The notes below the pieces were generated by a model that had not been told where the DNA came from, ran no database searches, and worked only from the letters and a program-made list of their open reading frames with translations. From Thermoproteota archaeon (lineage in GTDB: Archaea > Thermoproteota > Thermoprotei > Gearchaeales > Gearchaeaceae), in assembly GCA_032249235.1 (NCBI GenBank), contig JAVVGF010000001.1, forward strand, positions 320,001 to 384,000: a stretch of 64,000 bases of DNA. The letters run 5' to 3'. Numbering within the stretch: the stretch's first letter is position 1; every line of letters starts with the position of its first letter. Shown here piece after piece: positions 49,658 through 58,939 of this stretch. A program made the position numbers and the translations under genes.

Positions 49658-50043
49658 GTTTTTCAATAAAAATAGGTCTTATTGCAACCTTATTTTTTAT
49701 TGCAATCGCCTTGTTTGGAGCGTTTGTAATATATGTTTCATTTATTCAAAATGATTTTCTTTTATTTCTTGCAGGTTATATCTTGATACTTATTTCCATT
49801 GTGTCGTTTTTTGCCTTAGGCGTCGTAGATGTGACAATTAGGAAGAAAAAATACTTCGATATAAATAGGCTGAAAGGAAATTATGCTGAAGCAAAGACAG
49901 ATATGGAAAAAGGATCTAAAGGAGTAGTTTATGCAGAAGGGGAAGAATGGACTGCAATAGCGATGGATAATATAAAACGTGGAGAAAAAGTAATCATAGA
50001 AAAAATAGAGGGTAGCGTATTATATGTAAAGAAAAAAGAATAA
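49654..50043 (+). CDS. NfeD short form (2 TM plus OB fold)
   Basis: GVVYAEGEEWTA...KIEGSVLYV. Confidence 0.85.
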   Translation: MSFSIKIGLIATLFFIAIALFGAFVIYVSFIQNDFLLFLAGYILILISIVSFFALGVVDVTIRKKKYFDINRLKGNYAEAKTDMEKGSKGVVYAEGEEWTAIAMDNIKRGEKVIIEKIEGSVLYVKKKE

Positions 50044-50075
50044 ACTTATAATCTTAATAAGCATTATAAAATCGA

Positions 50076-51020
50076 ATGATACCAATTATTTTTCAAGTTT
50101 TAGCTAGCCCAGCAACAATATTTTTAATTATAATCCTCATCATAATTGTAGTCATTCTAATAAGAGCTTCAATAAGAAGAGTTTATGAATATGAGCGTTT
50201 AATTGTATTTAGGCTAGGTAAGTTTGTTGCTGAAAAAGGACCTGGCTTAGTTTTCATCATTCCTTTTATTGATACAACGCAAAAAGTAGATTTAAGAGAA
50301 AGATATATTTCTGTCACAAAGCAAACATGTATAACTAAAGATAATGCGCCTGTAGATATAGATTTTTTGATTTATTATAGAGTAATTTCAGCATCAGATT
50401 CTGTATTAAAAGTACAGAACTTTGAAGGTGCAGCTACGGGTATAGGAACTACTACTCTTAGAGCTGTAATAGGAGACATTTTGCTAGATGAAGTTTTATC
50501 TAAAAGAGAAACAATAAACCAAATTCTCAGGGCTAAATTAGATGAAGTAACGGGAAGATGGGGCGTAAAGATAACGAACGTTGAAATAAGAGAAATTCTA
50601 CCTCCAAAGCAAGTTCAAGATGCTATGATTTTACAAATGTCTGCAGAGAGAAGCAGGAGAGCTTTAATTACTGAAGCGGATGGTAAAAAGCAAGCTGCAA
50701 TTACAATTGCAGAAGGAGAAAAGCAAGCTGCAATTTTAAAAGCTGAAGGAGATAGGCAAGCTGCGATACTTAGAGCGGAGGGTGAAAGACAAGCTACAAT
50801 ATTAAGAGCAGAAGGTTATTCGATGGCTTTAGATCTTATATTCAATGTAGCAAAGAAACTTGATAGTAATACTATGATGCTTCAATACTTCGATGCTTTA
50901 AAAACCTTGGCTCAAAGTCCGTCTACAAAATTCATATTCCCGATGGAATTCACTTCTTTGTTAGCTCCAATACAAGAAATGGTAAGAAGATCTTCAAACA
51001 AAGAAAGTTCTTCTCAGTGA
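50076..51020 (+). CDS. SPFH/stomatin-like protein
   Basis: FRLGK...GPGL, ITKDN, TTLRAVIG, WGVKI, AEG-QAAIL coiled-coil repeats. Confidence 0.95.
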   Translation: MIPIIFQVLASPATIFLIIILIIIVVILIRASIRRVYEYERLIVFRLGKFVAEKGPGLVFIIPFIDTTQKVDLRERYISVTKQTCITKDNAPVDIDFLIYYRVISASDSVLKVQNFEGAATGIGTTTLRAVIGDILLDEVLSKRETINQILRAKLDEVTGRWGVKITNVEIREILPPKQVQDAMILQMSAERSRRALITEADGKKQAAITIAEGEKQAAILKAEGDRQAAILRAEGERQATILRAEGYSMALDLIFNVAKKLDSNTMMLQYFDALKTLAQSPSTKFIFPMEFTSLLAPIQEMVRRSSNKESSSQ

Positions 51021-51167
51021 TTATTCAGGTATACTTTCTGTTTCAAGTTTACCATCTTTCAAATAAACGATTAAAAATCTGTTATCTTCGAAAACCAAAG
51101 TTATTTCATTGGGTTTTTCGTCAACAGTGAGTAGTCTTCTTCCGATAACTCCATCATATTTAGCCAT
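51021..51167 (-). CDS. Small 48-aa hypothetical protein (not in ORF track)
   Basis: ATG...TAA reading MAKYDGVIGRRLLTVDEKPNEITLVFEDNRFLIVYLKDGKLETESIPE; TTTATATA box about 25-30 nt upstream. Confidence 0.7.
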   Translation of the reverse strand: MAKYDGVIGRRLLTVDEKPNEITLVFEDNRFLIVYLKDGKLETESIPE

Positions 51168-51206
51168 ACTTTAAAAATAAAAAAATTAAGTTATATAAAA
51201 AATATT

Positions 51207-51416
51207 CTATTCAGTTATTACTTCTGCTATTGCAAACCTTCCTGCAACCTTTACGATTTTTGCTTTTACTTTATCTCCTTTCTTTGTGTTTTTAACAAAA
51301 ACAACAAAGCCTTTTACTCTTGCTACACCGTCTCCTTGTCTTCCAACTTCTTGAATTTCTAGATCATACACTTCGTTTACCTTTACAGGTTTTTCGAAAA
51401 ATCTCTTCGTGCTCGT
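51207..51416 (-). CDS. TRAM domain RNA-binding protein (start codon non-canonical or uncertain)
   Basis: KPVKVNEVYDLEIQEVGRQGDGVARVKGFVVFVKNTKKGDKVKAKIVKVAGRFAIAEV; in-frame ACG 51416 and ATT 51422, in-frame TGA at 51423-51425. Confidence 0.85.
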   Translation of the reverse strand, partial: TSTKRFFEKPVKVNEVYDLEIQEVGRQGDGVARVKGFVVFVKNTKKGDKVKAKIVKVAGRFAIAEVITE

Positions 51417-51501
51417 ATCAATTCAGCCCGTTTTGATTAAATTAAATTTTCATATATTTAAATCTTTTTAAGTTTATTATTAAGTTCGAAAACTTAAAAT
51501 T

Positions 51502-52779
51502 ATGCCTGATGCTGATGTTATCGTAGTCGGTGCAGGATTAGCTGGATTAAGCGCTGCTTATAAGTTAGCTAGTTATGGCAAGAATGTTATTGTGTTGGAA
51601 AGAGGTGAATATCCAGGTTCTAAGAATGTTAGTGGAGGTAGAATGTATTTGCATGCAATAAAGAAGCATATTGATATTCCAATTTTTGATATGCCTTTTG
51701 AAAGGTTTGTAGTTAGAGAATGTATAACTTTCTTAAGCGGTAATATGTCGACAACTCTTGAATTAAGTCATTATAATGTAACAGAACCTATGAGCGCAAC
51801 AGTATTAAGAGCAAAGTTTGATAAATGGTTTGCAGAGAAAGTCGAAGAGAAAGGTGCAAGCATAATTACAAGGGCTAAGGTAGATGATTTGTTGATTGAG
51901 AATGGATTTACTAAAGGCGTTATTGTTGAAGGCGAACAATTAACTTCAAACGTTGTAATAATTGCTGAAGGCGTGAATAGTTTTCTTGCAGAGAAGTATG
52001 GTTTAAGGAAAAGCTTTAGCCCAGATTCAATAACTGTTGCAGCAAAAGGAATTGTTGAATTGGGCGAGGAAGAAATAAATAGAAGATTCAATCTAAAAGG
52101 AAGGGAAGGAGTTGCCCATGCAATAATCGGTTTTACTGATGGAATCCAAGGTGGTGGATTTATTTATACAGATAGGGAAGTCGTTTCAATAGGCGTTGTA
52201 TGCTTGCTTAAATCTTTAGTAGAACATAAAAAGTCAATAGCTGATCTATTCGAAGATTTTAGATTGCATCCTGCTATTCAAAGATATATTGAAGGAGGAA
52301 GGCTAATAGAATATTCAGGTCATTGTACGCCTGAACTAGGTTATAACATGATACCTAAAATTTATTCAAACGGATTGCTAATAGCAGGTGACGCTGCTGG
52401 ATTTTTCTTAGAGGGAGGTCCCATATTAAGAGGAATGGATTTCGCAATTGAATCAGGTGCTCTTGCTGCTGAAGCTGCAAGAATTGCTTTAGAAAAAAAT
52501 GATTTTTCAGAAAAAACGCTCAAAATTTATATCGATTTCTTAAATGATAGTTTTGTAATGAGAGATTTAAAAATGTACAGGAATTCACCTAAAGCTACAT
52601 CTATTCCAAGGCTTTATACAGTTTATCCTAAATTAATTAATGAAATTTTCAGCGAGGCGATGACGATAAATGGAAATATTAAACCTCATTTAGGAAGTAT
52701 TATTTTTAAAAGTTTAGCGAGAAATGCAAATATACTTCATTTGATTAGAGATACATTTGAATTCTTAACTTCTTTATAA
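51502..52779 (+). CDS. fixC: Electron transfer flavoprotein-quinone oxidoreductase FixC
   Basis: GAGLAG, ERGEYPGSKNVSGG, RAKFDKW, GDAAG...RGMDFAI. Confidence 0.9.
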   Translation: MPDADVIVVGAGLAGLSAAYKLASYGKNVIVLERGEYPGSKNVSGGRMYLHAIKKHIDIPIFDMPFERFVVRECITFLSGNMSTTLELSHYNVTEPMSATVLRAKFDKWFAEKVEEKGASIITRAKVDDLLIENGFTKGVIVEGEQLTSNVVIIAEGVNSFLAEKYGLRKSFSPDSITVAAKGIVELGEEEINRRFNLKGREGVAHAIIGFTDGIQGGGFIYTDREVVSIGVVCLLKSLVEHKKSIADLFEDFRLHPAIQRYIEGGRLIEYSGHCTPELGYNMIPKIYSNGLLIAGDAAGFFLEGGPILRGMDFAIESGALAAEAARIALEKNDFSEKTLKIYIDFLNDSFVMRDLKMYRNSPKATSIPRLYTVYPKLINEIFSEAMTINGNIKPHLGSIIFKSLARNANILHLIRDTFEFLTSL

Positions 52780-53078
52780 TGGCGGAAGTAAACAAACCAT
52801 TGAGAATATCAGAAAGATTAGCACTTACTACATACAATACTGATAAATTAAGTCATATTGAAGTAGATAATGAAAAATGTGCTACTTGTTTGAGCAAAGC
52901 TTGCCTTTATGTATGTCCCGCTAAAGTCTATGAATTGAAAGATGGCAAAATAATCTTTCATTACGAAGCATGTTTTGAAACAGGAGCTTGCATAGTAGCT
53001 TGTCATCAAATGGGAAATAAAGGAATAAAATGGAAATATCCTAAAGGAGGTTATGGTGTTATATTTAGACTCGGATAA
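52779..53078 (+). CDS. fixX: Ferredoxin-like protein FixX
   Basis: CATC...CLYVCPA, ACFETGAC, WKYPKGGYGV. Confidence 0.88.
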   Translation: MAEVNKPLRISERLALTTYNTDKLSHIEVDNEKCATCLSKACLYVCPAKVYELKDGKIIFHYEACFETGACIVACHQMGNKGIKWKYPKGGYGVIFRLG

Positions 53079-53139
53079 AAAGTTTGAATGATATGTTCAA
53101 ACATAAAGCATTATAAGCTTTTAAGTTGAAATATTAACG

Positions 53140-53433
53140 ATGGCTTTTATGTTCGAACAAGCTATAGCTTTAGTTGTGCCATTTCTGTTAGGTCTTTTAG
53201 TAGGGTATATACTGAAACAGTCTATAAAAATTCTTGTAGCTGTAGCAATTATAATTCTAATTCTCCTCGCTATAGGCGCGATAAACATAAGCGTCCTTGA
53301 ATACGGTTTCAAGCATATATTAGCCTATGGTGTTAGTGCTATCGAAGCTGCTAAGGCTGTTGCGGCTGTATTACCTTTTTCCTCAATATTATTCATAATA
53401 GGTTTAGCGATAGGTTTCTTATTATCTAAGTGA
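53140..53433 (+). CDS. Small membrane protein (FUN14-like)
   Basis: PFLLGLLVGYILKQSIK, GLAIGF; about 3 TM; overlaps dinB start. Confidence 0.6.
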   Translation: MAFMFEQAIALVVPFLLGLLVGYILKQSIKILVAVAIIILILLAIGAINISVLEYGFKHILAYGVSAIEAAKAVAAVLPFSSILFIIGLAIGFLLSK

Positions 53434-54518
53434 AAATAATCTGTTGCGTAGATCTAGATTATTTTTATGCCCAGTGTGAAGAAGTTTTGAATCCAAGCAT
53501 AAAGGATAAACCTGTCGTTGTTTGCATGTTTTCAGGTAGAGGAAGTGAAGGAGGAGCTGTTGCAACATGCAACTATATTGCAAGGAAATATGGAGTAAAA
53601 TCTGGAATGGCAATTGCAAGAGCAAAGAAATTGCTTGAAGGTAAGGAAGCATATTTCTTACCTGCAAGACTTGAGTTGTATGAAGAGATTTCCCAAAGAG
53701 TAATGAATATAGTTAAGGAATATGCAGATCAATTGGAAATAATTAGCGTTGATGAAGCTTTTTTAGATGTTACCCAAAAATCTGGAGGAGATTTTGACAA
53801 AGCTGTTCTTTTGATGCAAGTAATGAAAAATGAAATATACGAAAAAGAACACCTAACTTGTTCCGTAGGAATATCTTTTTCTAAAGTAATTGCTAAGATT
53901 GCTTCAGGTCTTAAAAAACCAAATGGTCTTGTTTTAGTGAAACCGGAAGATTTACAAAACATCATTTGGCCTTTGCCTGTTGAAGAAATTCCAGGTATAG
54001 GTCCTAAAACCAAAGAAATTTTGAATAAGTTGGGAATAATGACAATAGGCGATCTTGCTAAGGTTAATATTTTAACGTTAATTGAAATATTTGGGAAAAA
54101 GACTGCTACTTATCTTAAACTAGCAGCTGAAGGGAAAGACAAAGAAGAGATCAAGGAAGTTGAAGAAGCTAAGCAATATAGCAGAATGATCACTTTGAAA
54201 GAAAATACTTTATCCATGCGAGATATACTGCCTTATATTGAGGCTTTATGTAAAGAATTATCGGAAGCTTTGAAAAAGGATAAAAAATTAGCAAGAGGTA
54301 TAGGCTTAACTGCTATATTAGAGGATCTATCTACATTGTCAAAAAATAAAACTTTAGAAGAACCAACAAATGAGTTCGAAAAGATTTTTGAAGTTTCAAA
54401 AAGTTTACTTCCTGAACTAATCTCCAAATCTAATAAACTTTTTAGAAGAATATCTGTAAGAGTTTTTAATTTAATTGATATATCAGGAGTTAAAACATTA
54501 GAAGAATTTATCAAATAA
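53430..54518 (+). CDS. dinB: Y-family DNA polymerase IV (Dpo4/DinB)
   Basis: VDLDYFYAQCEE, GAVATCNYIARKYGVKSGM, SVDEAFLD, KPNG, PGIG. Confidence 0.95.
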   Translation: MKIICCVDLDYFYAQCEEVLNPSIKDKPVVVCMFSGRGSEGGAVATCNYIARKYGVKSGMAIARAKKLLEGKEAYFLPARLELYEEISQRVMNIVKEYADQLEIISVDEAFLDVTQKSGGDFDKAVLLMQVMKNEIYEKEHLTCSVGISFSKVIAKIASGLKKPNGLVLVKPEDLQNIIWPLPVEEIPGIGPKTKEILNKLGIMTIGDLAKVNILTLIEIFGKKTATYLKLAAEGKDKEEIKEVEEAKQYSRMITLKENTLSMRDILPYIEALCKELSEALKKDKKLARGIGLTAILEDLSTLSKNKTLEEPTNEFEKIFEVSKSLLPELISKSNKLFRRISVRVFNLIDISGVKTLEEFIK

Positions 54519-54987
54519 TATTTAATTTCTTTGCAAATTCGATCGTTTTCTCTTTGGTTTCCCATGGGACATATAAATAATCAAGCATTTCCTCTTTGCT
54601 CATGCCTAAATTTTTTGCTTCTTCGATGGTATATTTATAAGCTTCAATTTCTGTAGGTCTTTCATAATATGAATATCTTCTATCAAAAAGATCCAAGCCC
54701 TTCTTCCATTGAAGAACATGTATTAATTCATGTAAGATATCTAGATATAAATCTCTTAGTTTTCCCTTTTTCAAATAACTTTGGCAAATATATATTGATC
54801 CATCGGAATCTTCGACCCACATATAACCGTTACAATCAACAATCCTTATCTTTACAGTTCTTTTCATTTCTTCAAATTTTTCTTTAAGAACGTTTTTTAC
54901 AATCCAAGAATTTTCTAGACCTGAGAATACTTCTTCAAGCAAATATTCGCCTTTTTTGAGCTTTCTATTCACTTTAAAGTTCTCCAT
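54511..54987 (-). CDS. Hypothetical protein with HExxH zincin-like motif
   Basis: DILHELIHV followed by RPTEIEAY. Confidence 0.6.
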   Translation of the reverse strand: MENFKVNRKLKKGEYLLEEVFSGLENSWIVKNVLKEKFEEMKRTVKIRIVDCNGYMWVEDSDGSIYICQSYLKKGKLRDLYLDILHELIHVLQWKKGLDLFDRRYSYYERPTEIEAYKYTIEEAKNLGMSKEEMLDYLYVPWETKEKTIEFAKKLNII

Positions 54988-55031
54988 TGTTTCGAATTTA
55001 TCTTTTTTAACGAATAAATAAATTAACTTGC

Positions 55032-55889
55032 ATGAATGTCAATTATTTTTATCAACCAGTTTCAAGCATAACAAAACTTGCAGTTGGCTTAAAAGAAATC
55101 CTAGTTAATGCTAAAACAAATTATCAACACGTAATAATAGCAGAATTATATGAATACGGTCTTTCTTTAATACTAGATGATTTAATTCAAGTTGCTGAAG
55201 CAGATGAAGCTTTTTATCATGAAGCTCTAGTACATCCTGCTTTGTTTTTGCATGGAGATCCAAAAAAGGTTTTAATAATAGGAGGAGGAGACGGTTGTGC
55301 TGCAAGAGAGGTTTTGAAGCATAATGTTGAATTGATTAAGTTAGTTGACATAGATGGTGAACTTGTTGAGCTTTGCAAAAAGTATTTGAAGAGAATAAAT
55401 CAAGGAGCTTTAGAAAATGAAAAAGTGGAAGTAATAATTATGGATGGCAAAGAGTTTATTGAAAAAGAAAATCAAATATATGATATCATCATTCTTGATC
55501 TAACTGATCCATTTGGTCCTGAAATTTCCAAAGAGCTATACTCAGAGAAATTTTATAATAAAATAAAGAGGATTTTGGATTCAGACGGTATTCTCGTAAC
55601 GCAAGCAGGTACTGCTTTTTATTATACTGAAGTTTATGATTCTGTTTTGAATAATTTGAAGAATGTTTTCAAATTTGTGAAAGACTACGAGAATTGGATA
55701 CCATCCTTCGGATATAGCTGTTGTTTCATATTAGCATCAGATAAACATGACGTGAGGCATATAAATGAAGATGTCTTAGAAGAGAGGATTAAAAGGAAAA
55801 AAATAGAGCTAAGATTTTACAGCAAAGATACCCATATATCATTGTTTAAGAGAAGGATAACAAGAAATTTGATTAGCTCAATCTTTTAA
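55032..55889 (+). CDS. speE: Polyamine aminopropyltransferase (spermidine synthase family)
   Basis: DEAFYHEALVHP, IGGGDG, VDID, DLTDP. Confidence 0.92.
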   Translation: MNVNYFYQPVSSITKLAVGLKEILVNAKTNYQHVIIAELYEYGLSLILDDLIQVAEADEAFYHEALVHPALFLHGDPKKVLIIGGGDGCAAREVLKHNVELIKLVDIDGELVELCKKYLKRINQGALENEKVEVIIMDGKEFIEKENQIYDIIILDLTDPFGPEISKELYSEKFYNKIKRILDSDGILVTQAGTAFYYTEVYDSVLNNLKNVFKFVKDYENWIPSFGYSCCFILASDKHDVRHINEDVLEERIKRKKIELRFYSKDTHISLFKRRITRNLISSIF

Positions 55890-56456
55890 AACCTCACCTT
55901 TCCAAATTCTTAAAGTTTTATCCTCTATGCCTAAGTATCTTAATGCTCTTGCAATAGATTGATCGACTAAGTCTATCAAATCCTTTGGCTTACTATACCA
56001 TGCTGGTAAAGGAGGGAATATAACTACATTTGGCAATAAAGATAACTTCCTAAGATTATCTAAATGGATAAAGCTCAAAGGTGTTTCTCTGATCAATAGC
56101 ACAAGCGTTCTTTTTTCTTTGATACATACATCCGCAGCTCTTAACAATAAATTAGTAGCAAGACCGTTAGCTATGCTTGCAACTGTCTTCATAGAACATG
56201 GAGCAATTATCATGCCATCCGAGGGAAAAGATCCGCTTGCTATTGGAGCACTAAAATCAAATTCTTCATAATAAAAATTAGCCAATTTTATTATTTCTTC
56301 TCTTTTCATATCCAATTCATCTTCGATTACTTTCCAGGCAGAAGATGATACTACTAAATGAGATTCATGTCCTAATTCTCTCAATTTAACTAAAGTCCTG
56401 TATCCATATATTGAACCTGAAGCTCCAGAAATCCCAACAATTATTCTTTTTTTCAT
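55878..56456 (-). CDS. ubiX: Flavin prenyltransferase UbiX
   Basis: GISGASG, IASGS, PCSMKT, RAADV..KE, RETPL. Confidence 0.94.
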   Translation of the reverse strand: MKKRIIVGISGASGSIYGYRTLVKLRELGHESHLVVSSSAWKVIEDELDMKREEIIKLANFYYEEFDFSAPIASGSFPSDGMIIAPCSMKTVASIANGLATNLLLRAADVCIKEKRTLVLLIRETPLSFIHLDNLRKLSLLPNVVIFPPLPAWYSKPKDLIDLVDQSIARALRYLGIEDKTLRIWKGEVLKD

Positions 56457-57451
56457 AATTCGCTAACAGCTTTAAGTATTTCTTTTATCTCTTTCGCTGT
56501 ATATCTTTTCCCTAACAATTTATCTAATATTCTTGATTTAAGTGAAAGCTTAGGTGAACAACCGCATGCAAAAGGATGGCCGCCACCATTGAACCTTCGA
56601 GCTATTGTGAGTAGATTAATATTCTTGTTCAAGCCTGCATAAAGTGATACTGATCTATTCGAATATATTACAACGGTGAAATCTAAATTATGTTCGATAC
56701 TCGCATACTTTCCAGTCAAACTTCCAGGCAATTTTGATTTTCTTACATCAATAACTGCATATCTATAATTGCTTTTAGTAAGAAAAACTGGTAATGTTTT
56801 CACATATTCCTTGATCTTTTCATCATTCCTTTCTTCCTTTTTTGCCCACTTCAATATTTTTTCATCATTTATTCTTCCTTCACTCAATGCTTCAAAAACA
56901 TATTGCAATCTCTTCTTATTTCTTATTGCTCGATTTATGTTAATTGCTTCTTCTGTCGAATAGTTTGCGCTATCTGCATCGTTTGCAATGCTTACAAGTT
57001 TCATACTTATCTCGTCATTTAATTCAAAAACTTTGGCTACAAGTTCTGCAGCACTAACAGAGCGTTCAACAAATACTTTGGCTTTCTCCTTAATTTTTTC
57101 TATAGAACCTGGAGGCCATGAATGATGATCTATCCATATTACCTCGCATTTTGAATTTGTAATTTTTTCTATACTATTGTAAATTGTGTCTATTTGCTCC
57201 TCGTTTGGAGACAAATCAGATAATACTACAATCTTATTTTCCAAATTCAATTCTGAAAGATGGTATGGCAAATTCCTCGGAGATGAAGGTAAATAGTATG
57301 CATCGCCGAATTTTCTTTTTATTATAGAAGCTGAAATTACGCCGTCAACATCATCATGAGAAATTATAATAACCTTTTTGCTATTATCAATTTCTATCTT
57401 TTTTTTCTTATTTAATTTAAATAATTTTAATAATTTAATAATGAATTTCAT
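56453..57451 (-). CDS. DHH family phosphoesterase with DHHA1 domain
   Basis: HDDVDG, SDL, IDHH, GGGHPFACG. Confidence 0.9.
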   Translation of the reverse strand: MKFIIKLLKLFKLNKKKKIEIDNSKKVIIISHDDVDGVISASIIKRKFGDAYYLPSSPRNLPYHLSELNLENKIVVLSDLSPNEEQIDTIYNSIEKITNSKCEVIWIDHHSWPPGSIEKIKEKAKVFVERSVSAAELVAKVFELNDEISMKLVSIANDADSANYSTEEAININRAIRNKKRLQYVFEALSEGRINDEKILKWAKKEERNDEKIKEYVKTLPVFLTKSNYRYAVIDVRKSKLPGSLTGKYASIEHNLDFTVVIYSNRSVSLYAGLNKNINLLTIARRFNGGGHPFACGCSPKLSLKSRILDKLLGKRYTAKEIKEILKAVSEL

Positions 57452-58890
57452 TATATTTCGATCAAAGATCCTCTATTTAAATTTTTAGACATATATGGGC
57501 CATCAAGCTCATAACCGAATTTTCTATAATAACCTCTAACTCCAATAGCACTAATTATGATCATTTTGTTTAATCCATACTCAAAAAAAGCAATCCTTTC
57601 TGCTTCAGCTAAAAGCATTTTTCCATATCCTTTGTGTTGCCATGCTTCTTCACTTTTAATTCCTACAGGTACAGCTGAGCCATAAACATGTAGTTCTCTC
57701 ACTATAGCAGCATCCTTTGCTTCTTTCTTCCATGAATTTTCAGGAACTCTTAGCCTCAAATATCCAACCAATGTTAAATCATCATCCTCGAAAGATAAGA
57801 AATGTTCTATTCCTCCATAAGTTTGATAACTCCTGCGGATTAGTTTTATTTTACTCGGATCAATCTTTAATTTTTCTTTTATTTCTCTTATCCCTACTTC
57901 TCTACATCTTGTACAAAGGCATCTAATTCCTTTTTGCTTTAGTTTATGATTAACATATTCTCTTAAATCCCCCCTCTTTATTCCTGCAATGACCAAGCTT
58001 GAAGGTAGATCTCTTTGAACTCTATTAACTCTAATATAAGGCGGCATGAACTTCGTTATTTCACAAATAATTTCTGCGGCTTCTTCTTCATTTAATGGTT
58101 TGTATTTACCTTCTAAGTATTCTTTATAAAGTTCTGAACCAGGCATGACTAATGTTGGGTATATTTTTACCATATCAGGGCAAAATCTAGGATCATAGAA
58201 AATTGTTTTAAAAGTCTCTATATCCATTTGTTTTGTTGAACCTGGCAATCCTAGCATTATATGATAGCATACTTCAAAGCCTGCATCTTTTAAAAGTTTT
58301 GTTGCATGTATTACTTCTTTAACACCATGTCCTCTCTTGACCCTTTCAAGAACACTATCAAATGTCGATTGTACACCTATTTCAACTCTAGTTACGCCTA
58401 AATCTAAAAGTTCCTGAAGTATCATTTCATCAAGCCAATCAGGTCTAGTTTCTACAGATATCCCGACACATTTTATCAGAGCTTTTTCATTTTTGGCTAT
58501 TTCTTCTTCTATATTGAAATTTTCAAAATAGTTACTTTTTGGAAAATCGTTAAGTGCCTTTACCGCTGAGCCGATAAACCATCTTCGATAGTTTTTAGGC
58601 AAAGCAGTAAATGTTCCTCCTACGACTATTATTTGGGACTTCGAAGGGAAATGACCCATCATCAAATATTGCTTTAGCCGATCCATTGTTTGATAATAAG
58701 GATGATAAGCGTTCATAGCAGCTCTATTAACTGCAGGTTCACCAATTAGATAGCTCTTAGGCGCACCAAAATTAGGGCCTCCGAAACAATACGTGCATTT
58801 AGCAGGACAATCAAAAGGTGCAGTAACAATAGCTACTACAGATATCCCTGATGCAGCCCTTATTGGTTTTTTTATTTCGCTTAATTCCAC
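57451..58890 (-). CDS. elp3: tRNA uridine(34) acetyltransferase Elp3 (radical SAM plus GNAT)
   Basis: CPAKCTYC, PKSY, ETRPD, KIYPTLV, RVQRD, VRELHVYG, QHKGYG. Confidence 0.95.
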   Translation of the reverse strand: MELSEIKKPIRAASGISVVAIVTAPFDCPAKCTYCFGGPNFGAPKSYLIGEPAVNRAAMNAYHPYYQTMDRLKQYLMMGHFPSKSQIIVVGGTFTALPKNYRRWFIGSAVKALNDFPKSNYFENFNIEEEIAKNEKALIKCVGISVETRPDWLDEMILQELLDLGVTRVEIGVQSTFDSVLERVKRGHGVKEVIHATKLLKDAGFEVCYHIMLGLPGSTKQMDIETFKTIFYDPRFCPDMVKIYPTLVMPGSELYKEYLEGKYKPLNEEEAAEIICEITKFMPPYIRVNRVQRDLPSSLVIAGIKRGDLREYVNHKLKQKGIRCLCTRCREVGIREIKEKLKIDPSKIKLIRRSYQTYGGIEHFLSFEDDDLTLVGYLRLRVPENSWKKEAKDAAIVRELHVYGSAVPVGIKSEEAWQHKGYGKMLLAEAERIAFFEYGLNKMIIISAIGVRGYYRKFGYELDGPYMSKNLNRGSLIEI

Positions 58891-58939
58891 GCTTTAATTG
58901 ACTTTCATTAAACGAATTAATAAATGTTAGTTAAAAAAT

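Noticed and set aside
50676-50816. 33-bp periodic repeat (CAAGCT at 50691, 50724, 50757, 50790)
   Set aside because: Encodes the ordinary 11-residue AEG-QAAIL coiled-coil repeats of the SPFH protein; not a CRISPR array
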